64,000 bases of DNA from Callorhinchus milii (lineage: Eukaryota), in contig NW_024704743.1 of NCBI RefSeq assembly GCF_018977255.1, positions 14,572,001 through 14,636,000 of the forward strand. Reading direction: 5' to 3'. Shown piece after piece: positions 25,961 to 39,905 of the stretch; the stretch's first letter is position 1; each line of letters starts with the position of its first letter. Both the position numbers and the translations under genes were made by a program. The notes below the pieces were generated by a model that had not been told where the DNA came from, ran no database searches, and saw nothing but the letters and a program-made list of their open reading frames with translations.

Positions 25961-28056
25961 ATTGCAGGTAAAAACACGGGGAAGATAGATTAAAGGGGAA
26001 ACTTTCTCTTCAGGTATTGGATATTATAGAAAGTCTACATAGCCAGATCAGAAACGTTTAAAGCTTTTGTGGATTGAACGGGTTTGTAAATCTGTAATTT
26101 CTACACATTTCATATATAACCACTGGTGTAAGCTATTATAACTAAGATTTTTTTTTAAAACCAATATTTTCCAGAGGTAAATGGACCACATGAAATTTTC
26201 TGAATTGCAGGCACAGTTTAAGTGCACCAGTTGTCTCGTAAACTGAAGAGGCAATTAAATAAAAGCGAGATAATTATGTGCAGAATATTCTAATACTATA
26301 AGCATCGAGGAAACTATATTAAGGCACATTATTTCTGTTCTCAAGCAATAGAAAATACAAAGCAATATGTTCACAACAGCTTAGTCAAAAAGCTCAGAAG
26401 ATTCATCATAAATATTGCTGACTGCTCATCTTTTAAACAGTTCTACAATAAATTTTACAAAAGAGCAATTTTCAGGGGAGAGGAAGGAAGCGCTAATAAA
26501 TATCCAGCAGCTTAACACATGGCACAAAGCAATGCAGCATTATATGAAAAAGGCATTACATGAAAAAGGCTCAAAAAGAGCAATTGTGCTTCTGTCTCAT
26601 AATTTATTCACTGAATGCACAAAGAAGAGCTGCAGCCAGCAATTAACCTAAATACCCAAGATGCAAAAAGGCATCGAAAATGAAAGCTTAGAAATCAAAG
26701 GAGCAGTTCATGTTTCACTGCAAAGAAATATCCATTTTAGCAATCTGAACATGAGGATATAAGATTCACCACAATGATCGAAACCATGCCACTTTGGATC
26801 ACTTGTAAAGGTAATCCAGATAAACTCAGCATTTTGCCAAGTCTACTCATTTTTATGCAGTCACATTGTGTTTGTTTTGTTCATTTTTTGGGAAGAAGGA
26901 GAATCTTGGGAGACAAATTTGTTTCTTTCCTCAGATTTCATGGACAATGTGGTCTAAAATTATATTGAAGAACCCTGTGAATGTGATAACTTAGCTAAGC
27001 TTGAGGAACTGTTTCATATGAGCAAGGATTGCTATAATAATAATAATAATCCTTGCATTTGATATAGCACCCATGTATAAAGAGATAAGGATCAAGACCC
27101 ATTTCTTGAATGGGTGAAAATACCTCATAATGTAACAGGGGTATAGTTTCTCACTGATCAATCAGAAACAGAAGCAAACAAACCACGTACAACTGAATCA
27201 TGCCACGATGATTATACACACAGACACGTACAAATAGCATTAAGTTCAAAGGAGCAACTTCAAAGCCTTAGTAAAATCTTGCAGTTTAGATGCATGTTAT
27301 AAACTGCACTATCATCCACTATCATCCACCTGGAGTCTTTCCCCTCAACTTATCAGTTAGATCACTGTTTTAAATTAAGGGCTCAGATCTTTATTATTTG
27401 GAATGATCAAGGGTCCAGTATATTTGATTGGAAATCATTGCAATCAGTTTAAAAAATAAAATATTTTGTTGACGTCCTGAGGCACAAAGCTTCTCTCATG
27501 AATAACACACTTCATACTGTATTTTGTTGCCATCAAGCACCATTGGCAGGACAGCTCAAAAATGAAATTGAAGGCCACAAATTAAACTGAATTCTGTGTA
27601 CCTCTCTAATCTTGGCTCAGATCCCAGTTCATGCTGATCAATACTCAGGTTAATAATTTAAGACATCTTAGCCCCTTGTGCAGACTTGATGTATCAAATA
27701 ACCTGCCAGGTTCAGTGCTGTAACATTCTATCATTCTAGGATTCATCACATTACATCCTTGGCACTCACTCCCAGGAATCCACTAACAGTAATTTTGGTG
27801 AATTTTAATCTGAAAAAGCAGATTATGTGTATATAAGTATCAAAAATGTAATCATTAGGTTAAAGATCTGAGCTTTCCAGAGTAAAGAATATATTTCGTG
27901 AGCATAAATGTTGAAAGCACACTTCAGTGCTACCCTTTTATCCAGACATATATCAGGCAATAAATTGTTCTCATAATATACTAATTAAATTGCATGGAAC
28001 TTTATCAAAGAGCACAAGCAGGCCACACAAGTGAAAGTCACAGCTATTGTTGCATA

Positions 28057-28425
28057 TAATAATCCTTGCTTTTGATGCAGCGCCTTATCACATCTTCAAG
28101 ACGTCTAAAACCTCTTCACAGAATATACTGTAAAGCGAATTGACAGTATATTTTGTGGGCGAAACTTAGCAGCCAATTGTGCACAGCAGTGTCCCACAAA
28201 CAGTCGTGGATTGAAGTGACCAATTCATTATTATTTTTTTTGAAGGAATTATTACCCCCGTAAAAGCGATTTGCCAATCAGCTAACAATCTGGTTCCTAC
28301 TTACTGCTAGGCAAACAGAGGCATGTGCAGTAAAGAAACTTGCCCAACGTTTCGCCCTGCCGGGAATTTAATCCAGGTCTCTCGCTTGTGAGGCTAGTGC
28401 TCTAACTACTAAGCTACAGGACCCC
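28057..28425 (-). mobile_element. tRNA-derived Deu SINE, long subfamily
   Basis: Full head-to-tail match including the ~55-nt insert (agtaagtaggaaccagattgttag). Confidence 0.92.
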
Positions 28426-29353
28426 ACGTTACTCTGTTATGAATGTACATTTGACAATTGACTTCCCTAGCAACACATGTCACAGAGCATGATTCAATCA
28501 TGTGAGGCAGTTGCTGTATTATGACTGGTATTTGATTGCATTATAGAACATGAAACATGCAGCAAGCACAAAATTACATCCTGATTTGCAAAGCAGGATA
28601 CAAAACAAATGAGCAAACATATAGCAACTCTAGTAGTAGTTTTCCAAGGGCTTGAGCTAGGACCTCAGCATAAGCAATTACTGGTATGTTAGCCTGCCCT
28701 CCAACTCTGTGATGACAAGTCTCTAACCTTGGAGAGTTTGTCTGGTTCAGTACTGAGTCCATACGAGATGCCCAGGCTACCAGAAGAACTGAGGGAAATA
28801 ACAGCAATAGCAAAAGGTTCGGGAAGGAAGAATTGTCGCCCACAAACATCATCTTGTCTCATTTTGAGTGGGTTTTAGATTCTATAGTGCTCTGAACAGG
28901 TCAAATATTTTACAAAATTGAAAATAAAATTAAAACTCAACTACATTTTAAGTTTGGAAGGCAACTATAAAAATTCTTAAATGAATGCAAAATTGATTTC
29001 CATAAAAAATATCAACTCAAAGTTAGATATTTAAGATATGCTTTAAACAACAACCTTTTTGGTGCTGTATCAGATTTCAGTACTAGAAAGAAATCCGTAT
29101 GCCTCCTTGGTGAAGGATCTCACAGTGTAATTAGAACACATCATTTATTTTTGGTTAAATCAGTGTTATATGTTATTGAGATGGTATATTCAGGGTTCAG
29201 TGATATATATATATATTTCTTTTTTATAATTATTTTTCAAAAATCCTCCCAACTGGTATGTCTCTCTATTCCTGTCTGGCCTCTTTTTGCTGGGGTGAAG
29301 ACACTGGTTGCTGGTTATCCACTGGTATCCTAATCAAATGGTCATTCTTCATG

Positions 29354-29385
<32 letters not shown>

Positions 29386-29689
29386 GGCTTTGCAGTGAGT
29401 GTTGGCAGGTCTCTTGCCTCTAGAGGACGTCACAGTCCAGTCTGACCTTTCTTCACTCAGCTCCCACTCACAAACAACAAACTCAGCATGGCCTGGGATT
29501 CTGGGTACCATCAGGGCCGCCCACACCATCAGAGCTGCCCCAATCGTTCATATAATCACATACTCCTAGCGTAACCTTTAGTGTCTGATAAGAAGAAATT
29601 GTTACACTGAAGCACATTGAAGCAATGCAAACTCACACACAAAAACCTTTCAGAAGACGAAAACACTAAGCCACGCAAAATTAGGGGGC

Positions 29690-29930
29690 ACGTTTTAAAC
29701 ATCTGGATCAAATTGGGAATTCAGACAGAACAATTTAATAACAGAAAATTGAGGACTATGGCAGGGAAAGCCAGTGAGTCAAATAATAGAAAGGGATTGG
29801 ATAGATATCTAGGTATGCAATACTTTAGAGGAAAGAGGGAATTGAGCGATATGAGGAAAAGCCAAGAAAGGTGGAACTTAAATCAAAAAGGCCGAGTGTG
29901 CTGGGTCAAAGGCTTTTTATTACAAAATTT
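29690..29930 (+). mobile_element. Very old CR1-like 3' fragment
   Basis: aaagggattggatagatatctagg...gctgggtcaaaggc remnants. Confidence 0.45.
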
Positions 29931-32214
29931 CCTACGTTCATATCTCATCATCAGGCCATATACGCTGGGTGGATGGCAAACCTGCACCTATCCAGTGTTT
30001 TTGCTTCCCCAAAGCCGACTATATATCCTAGATAGTGTCAGCAATGAGAACTCTCAGCACCAGTTTGGTGCTGTTTGGGCACTCAAACACATTGAAGGAT
30101 TAGAATATGGGGCAGTGCTCAGCGCTAAGGTCATGTTCTTCCATTGTCACCGCTCTGTTTGGTGCTTCATTTAACTGTATGGACAGCTAACAACCCAGAT
30201 ACACCTAATCTTCCCACAAGGCACAACTGGGGTCACTTTCGGGGAGTGCACATATTTCTGAAGGACAATTACAAATGTATATGGGGTGGAGTGATATTCT
30301 GTTTGGTAATTGGATCTGCCATGCAGGGATTCATAAAATGACTAAGAGATATATTTTACTGCAGGTACTCAAAACTAATTCAGGTTGACCTGCTGTAACT
30401 CTACTTGAATGCCAACTGACTGCAATGCACTTGCTTCCTTTGGTTGCAATCCGCTTTCGCAAAAGATGAGTATGAGATCAGAATCCTGTTCTGCTGAGTT
30501 GGCCTGAGACTTTTCCATGTACTTGATTAAATATTTGGGAATGATTGGACCAAATGTGCAGCATAATGGGGTTTCCTCTTGTAAGCATGCATTGGAAATG
30601 TCACTATACTTGACTTTGCTGTGTCCAACTATATTGAGGCTCACAAACATCTGAAATTGGGGGAACGATGGAAAAGAGAGGGTGAGGTGGAGGAGAGAGG
30701 CAGGAACTATCCAATACCATGTCAATGCTGTTGTGCTGTGTTCACCTGTGCACTTTACTTTTTACAGTATACCATTTTTAGTGGGGCAAATTATTGTGCT
30801 CTCCATATGCCTCTGTGAATCTAACCTCTTCTTACTGTGTTGATTCCACATGTGCCAGTTGCCCTTGGGCATCCCACCCACATGATCAGTATTCACGTGT
30901 GACCCTTGGCAGTGAATTTCGACTGTGGAAGCTTTCCTCCCTAACTCTGGAAGGCTAACTGATTCTGCCTTGCAGCCTCAGCCTCAACACCTGGTCAGTA
31001 AAGCTGCAGCTCCATCCATTACACCATCAGGGCTGTCAGAAAAAAAAATATTTTCATCATAATATTTAAATTTACCACAGGGCGAAAGACATTCCATTAG
31101 CATTTTCATGCCAATGCACTGAAGTCTGCAGTGCGTGCTGCAAGTTGCAGTACTATTACAATTTCAGGCCTTGAATCAAATTGCAGCTCCTAGTGAAAGC
31201 AAAATGGATTGCAAAGCAATCATAGGTGAACAGGGCAGGTCTCTCCAATAATTTCTCGTAGCTATGGCAACCTTTAGACTCTGCTGAAACAGCATACAAA
31301 GCTTAAAGAAAAAATTAGTTGCAAGTTGGGAACTGATGAATGGATTTTAGGTTTATTACTCAGGATTCCCTAAATTGTATGTAGATTTATACATAACCCA
31401 CCTTCTCTCCTCCAACTCCCCACCCCCCACCACCCTCCTTCTCCACCCATCACTAGCCCTGAGTATTTTGAGGTGACTATTAAAAAGTGCTCAAAGAAGA
31501 AACTAAAATATTTACTTAAATACAATACCATTGCCCAACGAGTACAGTTTGTCTATGCAAAAGCAGTATAGATACTGCCAATAGAATTTGTATTTCTGAC
31601 CCAATATCATTTGTTAAGTGGTCAGTTTAGTTGGGGTCATTCATTCTCTTCTATCAAAGTTCCACATTAGTCAGTTCCATTCTTCTAATTCCCCCTTCCA
31701 GTTTTGTTATTCCAACAATTTTTACTTCTCCTCTTGATGAGGGTGCATTTTCTTCACTAAAGTGTCGGAAGGCCATTTAATTTCCAAGTTGAAGTTTTTT
31801 TTTTACTTTGCTGTGTTTTCTTTCTGGTGTAGATTTCTTTGATATAATTTATTGAAATTTTCTTAAATGCAATTTCACTTAGAAAAATGTGCTCATCTCT
31901 GTGTGATCAGACTAGGGTTCAATTGCTTTCTGTTTCTTGAGGAAGGAGTAATTCAGACTAGGCTTAATCAAAAATGAGTGAGTTGAATATTGAATATTCT
32001 TATATTGCTAATAGATATAGTATGTTAGTGATGTTCATGCCGCTTTGCAACTTTTTGGGTGCTGGAGATTTGAGCATCATCCTTTAAAATTGCCAACTGA
32101 CTGCAATGCACTTGCTGTAGAGAGTTAAAAAACTAATCTCGCTATTTGGTTCATTGTGGAGTCCATGGATTATTTCAAAAGGGAATGAAATCAATACTTA
32201 AAAACATTAACTTT

Positions 32215-32478
32215 AATAATAATAATAATAATCCTTGCATTTGATATAGCACTTTCACGTCGGGGGGACGTCCCAAAGCGCTTCACAGAACACACTGTAA
32301 AGTGAATTGACTGTATATTTGTGGGCGAACGCGGCAGACAATTGCGCACAGCAATGTCCCACAAACAGTCGTAGATTGAAAATGACCAATTTTTATTATT
32401 GTTTTTGGTTTTTGGAGGGATTATTATTAGGCGTGTGGAGTAAGGAAACTTGCCCAAGGTTTCACCCTGTCTGGAATT
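32215..32478 (-). mobile_element. Deu SINE, young short subfamily, 5'-truncated
   Basis: Near-identical to 23556-23820. Confidence 0.93.
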
Positions 32479-32629
32479 GGAATTTAAAGTGGATGAAGAG
32501 TGAACAGGAAAGTAGGATTAAACCAGGTGGTTCCTAGAAAATAAACATTTTTGTTTTGTACCATTCTATGTTTGTAAAGCTTTACTAAAGCTACTTGCAT
32601 CTACTGTGCTGTAATATAGAGCAAAACAA

Positions 32630-32960
32630 AGGGACCCCGTTGTAATACCGAAGCTGAGCCCATCAAATAAGACCCCATGTTATAATGTGACACATTATCG
32701 TTAGCCGCTAGCCAGCACCTCTGGGGTTGTCAGGGTCGCTCTGATGACATTGAGCTCCACTGTGCCTGCACATTGTGAACAGAAAGTCGGCCGGACAGCA
32801 GTGATTGATCTCATGAACATTGCTGGGGTTAACACTGATGTCTGTCATGCAGGAAGCTGGTCAGTCAGCAGCAGTGGGAAGTATAACACAGCTCAGCATA
32901 TTGTGTACCTATGGTGTGCCCACGCCATACTGAAGCGTGCTATAACGGGGTCAGATTGCA
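32630..32960. mobile_element. Possible pogo/Tigger-like MITE remnant
   Basis: Inverted motifs gaccccgttgtaa (32633) and tataacggggtc (32941); ends decayed. Confidence 0.35.
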
Positions 32961-33607
32961 ATGTGCTATTTGTTTTCATGTCTCTGCCTTAATTCTGGTT
33001 TGGTGAGAAATCACACAATTTGTGGTTTCAGCTACTTGAAATCAAATCCATAGAGAAGGTGACCTCATAGAATGTTTGTTACTGTTTGATCGATATCAAT
33101 CTTTTAATACTGAGGTAGTGTGTATGACCAATATTCTGGTCTAAATTAGTGTAGTACAAAAACCCACTGAGAAAGCGATACGTTATATACAATTACATCA
33201 CTGAAATATTCTGTATTAAAATATCTAGTTGCTTTTGATGTAACTGTTTGATTCCTGGGCTACTGAATAAATTGTCCCAACCAACTGAACTACTTTTCTA
33301 ATAATTAAGAAATTACAGGACATTTTGGCAAAAAAAACTTTTAGATTCCACAAACTTTGTAGTAATTAAGTGAAATAAAAGTACATCAATCGTAACATCT
33401 AATTTAGAAAGGGAAAATAATGGGATTAAAAGTCCTTCAGGAAAATGGCCTGTTTGTCAGCGTGAACTGCTCCTTGAATATCACTAGTTTATCTATTATG
33501 AAACTTGTGATGACTGTCATACTCAGTAAATTACCATGTAGGTAAACCTGCTAGAGCCAGTACTTTGCCTTTTTGGAGATGAAATGGGGTTGATTGCAAA
33601 CGCATAC

Positions 33608-33758
33608 CTTTCGACAACATTCTTATTTTAGGTTTTTCACTAGTTTTGTCTTTCTCTCTGTTTTTATCCTTGTCCTTCTCTTTCTCCAATTCCTCTTTAT
33701 TACTTTTATCATCATCTTGAAAGCTTGGAGAGCTGGTGAGTTGCAGCTGAATTGAATC
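33608..33758 (-). CDS. ARPP21: ARPP21 coding exon 4 (151 nt): DSIQLQLTSSPSFQDDDKSNKEELEKEKDKDKNREKDKTSEKPKIRMLSK
   Basis: ttttgtgttccag|GAT ... AAAG|gtatgc; phase 0-1. Confidence 0.95.
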
Positions 33759-36377
33759 CTGGAACACAAAAATGACTAAGAAATAATATTTCCTTTCATC
33801 TGTAAAATTACCGGCTGTACCATTCATACTTGTAATCAATTATTTTTAATGCACACATAATCCATTTGAATTATCTTCCCCAAAATTACTTTTGAGGAAT
33901 GTTCACAGTATATCTGAAAGTACAGCCACACTGTCACAAAACAAATTGAAAATTAAAGCACACATTTCAAATTACAGTTTATAATTGAGGAACAAATGGG
34001 TCTAATGCCCCCATTTTTAAATATATTTTCTTATGCATATCATAACATGAAAAGGTTTTGCATTTCAGAGAAAAAGCGCTTGATTTTATAATGTTAACTT
34101 TCATTCTTCAGATAGCAGCAGGTGTTTACAGCTCAAATCAAAGCATCCCACCGAAACAACAACTAGCCTTGCTGGCAGCCCACAGTATGAATAGAATGCT
34201 CCCTCAAAGTGCGTTTGCTTTTCAAACCACGAGTCCTGTTGTCAGTACAGATATAAAAAACTTGCACATTAAAAAAAGTATCCTAAAAATCAATGATATG
34301 CAATTGTCCAGATATAACTGAACAGAGTATGGTGAAAATACATCAACAAGTACAGATTCTTGCTTCTCTTGTTCTTTGGAATACAAAAAGTACATTCCAT
34401 CTCAAAGATTGTATTGCAAACAAACTCCTCCGAATTTCCATCAATGTACAATATAAGACATATAAGAGAGATTTTAATATTGACATAATGTAAACGTGAA
34501 AGAAGAAAACCAAGATTAATATTTGTAACAGATATTAGCACAAGGATATGCAGTGTACTGATTGCATTTCCATGTTTTTGTAATGTTAGTGGTTTGGTTC
34601 ATCTGCACATCTCCTGTGGTTTTGAGCTAGGTGAAGAGGGTTGCAACTGCGACCATTGTGATGTTGTAAACTTGATTTCAGTCCAATTGTAAAACAATTT
34701 TAGCTTTTTGGTTTAAAACAAAGTTTTCTTCATTTCCGTCGTCCCTGGAATGATGGATGGCTTGGATCACGTCCACATGGATGATATTGTTGTTATTTCC
34801 CTTTCAGTCTTCTTCCTCTTCCCTTCCTTTGCCAAACACCTTTCATTCACCTGCACCTGGCAAGGTCATCAGCCTTTGCCACACAGATCAGCAGAAGCTG
34901 GGCTTTTAACCTGAATCCCCTTAGTCCTTGCACAGTAAATAAACAAGTATGTTACCAAGCTATCGAGTGAAGCATTTTAATAAATTATGAAGCTATACAT
35001 CAAATTTTGTTTCTCCCTCTCATTAACCCCTCCCTCCCAACCAAACAGTTCCTTTAGATACTGCATGTATTAAGATTGATTTTTAGTCTGAAATTATTTT
35101 AGGCAATTCCAAATCACCTGGTAGTCTGAAGAGATTATGTGAAACTTAGGCCCCACTTAAATGGAAAGTAGGGGAAAAAGTATTTGAGACACTGCCAACA
35201 TCTGTAATATCAGAGAAAGACAATGCTACATGTATTACAAAACAAGTTAAATCTTCTGGTACTGATGCAGATAATCCAATAACTACAGCTACAAAATAAA
35301 AAAAATTAATTGCCAGTGCTGATTTTGGCTGGTAACATCTTAGTGGCTCAAGCGCTCAAGTCTTCTCCACATTTGGACATTTCTGTACTGGTATATTTCA
35401 GTGTTACCACTACCTCATTTTGGGAGCCAAGATGAAACAATGGCTCAAAAGTAAGAAAGTATTGCTCAGAGACATAGCTTCAGGATAAGCAGTTCATTCT
35501 TTTACATAGTGCTTCTCTCCAAGTTCTGAAGCGTGGCTGATTAAGCCGCAATAGAACACAAATGCTTCAGCTATAATGAAAGATATGTGTAAGAAATGAA
35601 ATTCCAAATTTAAATAAACAAGCAATGCATTGCTGACCTACCATTGGGTGTAAAACAATGAACTTATATCATTGTTTGTGGAATATGTTTTATAGCACTA
35701 TAACTTTCAAGTTTAGAAACACAGTACTTTTCTTTGTTTAAAACTTTAGGTGCAAAGCCTCGCTTTAGAAAAGTTCACATTTAATACTTTTCTTACACAA
35801 AACTTTGTGTTGTAGTCGTGTTCAAATCTTCCTCAAAGTAGTCCCAAATAACCATTTAGATTGCTTTCAATTCCTCCCATGCTATCTACGGAACGGTGGC
35901 TTCATGCTTGTGCAGAATTGTGGAGACTTATGATTCTTAAGGGTAAAAGCTTCCAACATCGCAGATAGAAATCTAATTCTTTCCCCTAACATTATAATAC
36001 AAAATGCAATTTCAGGTAGAAATTGCAAAGCACCAAAGCACAACCCATGTTTTATTGCATTCATGAACTGAAAACATCAACTTCTATTAGACAACAAATG
36101 TCCTGAGCCTAGACTTTGTTCTGCATTATGGCACTCATTAGATATAAATTATAAGCTTTATCGATGGAATTTATTAACATAATGTTTCGCAATCCAACTT
36201 ATTTTGTAACATTTCTTTTCATTACTGATGGGCAAAGGATAGTTTTACTATAGGCCAAAAATTTACAGGGTAGCGATTAGCATTCTTAGGCCTTTAGAAC
36301 AAGTGAGTAGGAATTACTAAGTTTCCAAAATTCAAGTCCTTGTTTATTACTTTAAATATTGTAAAAAAGGTGAAAGA

Positions 36378-36615
36378 ATAATAATCCTTGCATTTGATAT
36401 AGCGCTTTTTCACGTCTTCTAGACATCTCAAAGCACTTCAAAGAATGTACTGTAAAGTGAATTGAAGTGACCAATTTATTATTGTTTTTTTTCTTGAGGG
36501 ATTATTGTCAGGCGTGTGGAGTAAGGAAACTTGCCCAAGGTATTGCCCTGCCTGGAATCAAACCCAGGTTTCCCGCTTGCGAGGCGAGCACTCTAATCAC
36601 TGAGCTAGAGGTCTC
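36378..36615 (-). mobile_element. Deu SINE with central deletion
   Basis: Head and tail present; Deu core deleted between gtgaattga and agtgaccaatt. Confidence 0.88.
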
Positions 36616-37499
36616 CACAATTCCAAAAGAGCAACCTGGAAAGAATTCCAGGCTGCTCTTTTCATTTGAGAAAGTGACAACTGGCAGCATTTAAAATGTG
36701 TGCATCCATAACCATAGAGGTGCCTGTTCCTCCTGGAAGTGGAGAAAGCAGGCAATATTCTGGTTAGTACATCCAGCAGCATAAGCAGCCTCTCACCAGC
36801 AAATTTGCCTAAGTCCCACACTGGAACCCGAACACGATGGAGGTAAAGCGAGTCATTGCTCAGCAAACAGTTATTGGCTGTGAAAATTAAGAGATTATTG
36901 GAAGATTACTAAAAAGAATCAAGACATTTTGTATCACTATACTTCATTCATGGATTTCAGGCCAAATAGGATTTTCTTTAAAAAGTCTCCTTTGACAAAA
37001 CTAAAGCGACGCACTTCTGCTGGAAGCTTTGCAGAAATTTAGAGATTTTCAATGAGTTTCACTCACATTAATCTACCAGTCTCAAAGGTAAATTGGATGG
37101 CTTGGGTCTATATATGTATGTGTATATATATATAAATAAAAAGAGTTAGATGAGATTTCTCTCAGAAAATAGCAAATTGGCAGATGTTAAGTTTATTCAT
37201 AAGCCTAACAAGTCTTCCCTGAAAACCACCTCGCTGTTGGTATTAAAAGCAGGGTCACGACATCACCAGTACCATGGAACACTCATTGTAAAACACTAGT
37301 TTATAAAGAGCCTTGCTTTTTTTTAAAAAAATTCTTAGTTACTCAATGTTACCAAAAGAATGCCAAGTGAAGCTCTTAATGCAGTGTTTTTACAATAATA
37401 TTCCAAAATGGTATACGGGTAAGATTGCAAATGCAAGTTATTATAATATTAAAGGGAAAAAGTAACAAAGACTGCAATGTTTCCCCTAAACAGGCAAAT

Positions 37500-37770
37500 A
37501 ATATTTGCTTTTGATATATCATTGCATCTTATTCAAAATATGTGAAAGGACTTTGTACAATCAGTTACTCTTGAATTAAATTGACGGAAATGTAGGTAAA
37601 TGCAGCAGCTAATCTGAGCCAATAATTGTCCACAATCCACAAAAGGATTAATCTGTTTTTTGTTGACATTGAAAAGCAGAAAATATTAGCTAGCACACTG
37701 GGACAACTCTCTGCTCCTCTTGGACTATATACCATGGTATCTTTAACGTCCATCTCAGTTTATCATCTCA
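37500..37770 (-). mobile_element. Very old Deu-domain SINE remnant
   Basis: gtaggtaaatgcagcagctaatctgagc...ccatggtatctttaacgtcca, similar to 445-820. Confidence 0.5.
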
Positions 37771-39534
37771 GTAAAGTATTTTAAAAATGCTTTATTAGGC
37801 AATTCTGGTAACATTTGGTAACTAAGATTTTTTTTAAAAAAAGACCGTTTATAAACTGTTAAGCAGTACCTGTAATCATGCACCACTGCCTCATTTCTGT
37901 ACTACAGTGTACTACATTACGACTTTAAATCTTGGTTGGATTTGTAAAATTTATATTTTCAGGTAGCACTTTGGAGCATCATAACATGTTAAGATGGAAG
38001 TGTGTGTTCACAATCATCCACATGCTAAATTCCCATTCTTAACCAGACTGGGATTTTTTTTTTAATTCTCCTTAATTATACATGTATTACTAATGGAGGG
38101 AGAATACAGTACTCAGAAAACAGTGGGTAGTCTTCATATTTAAAATGAAACATTTGCACTCAGTTCAGTCTTGCTGTTGGGTTTCCAAATCACAATAATT
38201 CCTGCAGTAATTAATGACGTGGAATTTATCATTAGTGACAGAGGGTTGTCTAGCTTCTAACCATCTTCATTCTCTGCTGGTAATTTTTAAAGTGTTTTAA
38301 TAGCATTCTCACCTGCCCATTCTCCTAGAACCTTATACCTTCTTTGTTCTTCGAAATCAGGGGAAAAAAGGGAAAGTTGGCAGCCAAGGTAAGGTTGGAC
38401 TTCTACCAGTAGATTACAGTTCCTTGAGATCAGATAGCAGGAAACATACCCAGGCACTGACACATCAGAGTTTTTAGAGCAAAGATCTAAGTGATTAAAA
38501 TGATTGTGTGAAGTGCTTTCAAATTATTTCAATGTGATACGGTGGTATTACCAATGAGAACAGCATCAACATTCATTTGGAGAATAAAGTTCCAAATTAA
38601 GTATTTCTACCTCCCAAAGACCTTTACGAAAAGGACAGTTTTCACTACCTTTATATGAGAGGATGTGTTCAATTTATCCAGTTCCAAAAACAGCCTCGGG
38701 ACACCTAAAAAAAGTTTTCTGAATAATGTATGACCAAGTCCACCTCCAGTTATTCACCTGAACTGGCATTACACCATTCATATCACTATTTTCTCTTCTC
38801 TCTGTTTGGATGAAGGGCACCTAATGCGTGCTATCATCTGAACAAGTCCTTTACAGGTGAGACACTCAGTAATACAGGTCTGCCAAAGCTTGGGTTGGGC
38901 CTACACAAACTGGAACCTCCTGCAAGGCTAAGGACATACAAAACAAAGGTTTAACATTGTTTTGAGGAAGAACAAGAATACGTTGTGCGCAAAGTTTATC
39001 CCCCCAGATGATAGTATCCTTTTGTTCTCAAATGACGTACTGTTTGTGGAATAAAATATTCGGGAACCACAGACATATACTATACTGTGGGGAGTTTCTA
39101 ATCACCCCACAAGCTTTGGGTCACAGCACATAGATCCCTGAGCCAGGGTTGGCAGGAAGGGAAGACAAGTTGGGCTCGCCTACTACAGATAGTGCCCATC
39201 TACCAGGAAATGTACAATGCAAGTCAAATCGACTCAATCACAAATGTTCAAAAACATTGTTGAATTTCTCCCTTCTTTAATAACTACCCGTTGGATGGCA
39301 ACTTCATCCTGTTTCAAGAACACACTCAAGCAAAATGCTTTAGTCTGGTCAAACATGATACGGAAATTAGACAAAGGTTTCGACTGTGGACATTCAATTC
39401 TAAAGAGGTGAAAAGCATGTTTGAGCAATAAAATGATTTCCGTGCTTATAATAGTTATTTAAAGATAAATTAAGTTTTTTTTTTAAATGTGGTCATACAA
39501 ACATAACCTGAATTTAATTTATTTACGTGTTATA

Positions 39535-39905
39535 CTTGCTCCCCCCTACCTCTGTGACCTCCTAACCCCCTACCAACCTGTCTGCTCCATCCACTCAATG
39601 GGCTTCGGCCTGCTTCACGTCCCCCGCCTCGCCCGCCTCACCATTGGCGGGCAAGCCCTCAGCCACTCTACCCCCACCCTCTGGATCTCCATCCCGCAGT
39701 CCCTCCACCTTACACCCTCCCTTGCCTCCTTCAAGACCCTTCTCAAAGCCCGTCTCTTCAAGCGTGCCTTCGATCACCCTCCTTCTCCCCCTGCCCTCCA
39801 CCCTCCCCGATCCCGACCCCCAGCTCAGGTCCGAAACATTGCCTGTCCAGCACCTTGGGACGTCCTCCTGACGTGAAAGGCACTATACAAATGTAATTTT
39901 GTTGT
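39535..39905 (+). mobile_element. L2-type LINE 3' fragment
   Basis: LAPPYLCDLLTPYQP...LHVPR...TIGGQALSHSTPTLWISIPQSL...SFKTLLKARLF plus the L2 tail. Confidence 0.9.

Noticed and set aside
29617..30174. 185-aa ORF
   Set aside because: Non-ATG start, overlaps a decayed CR1-like fragment, and has no recognisable domain or splice structure.
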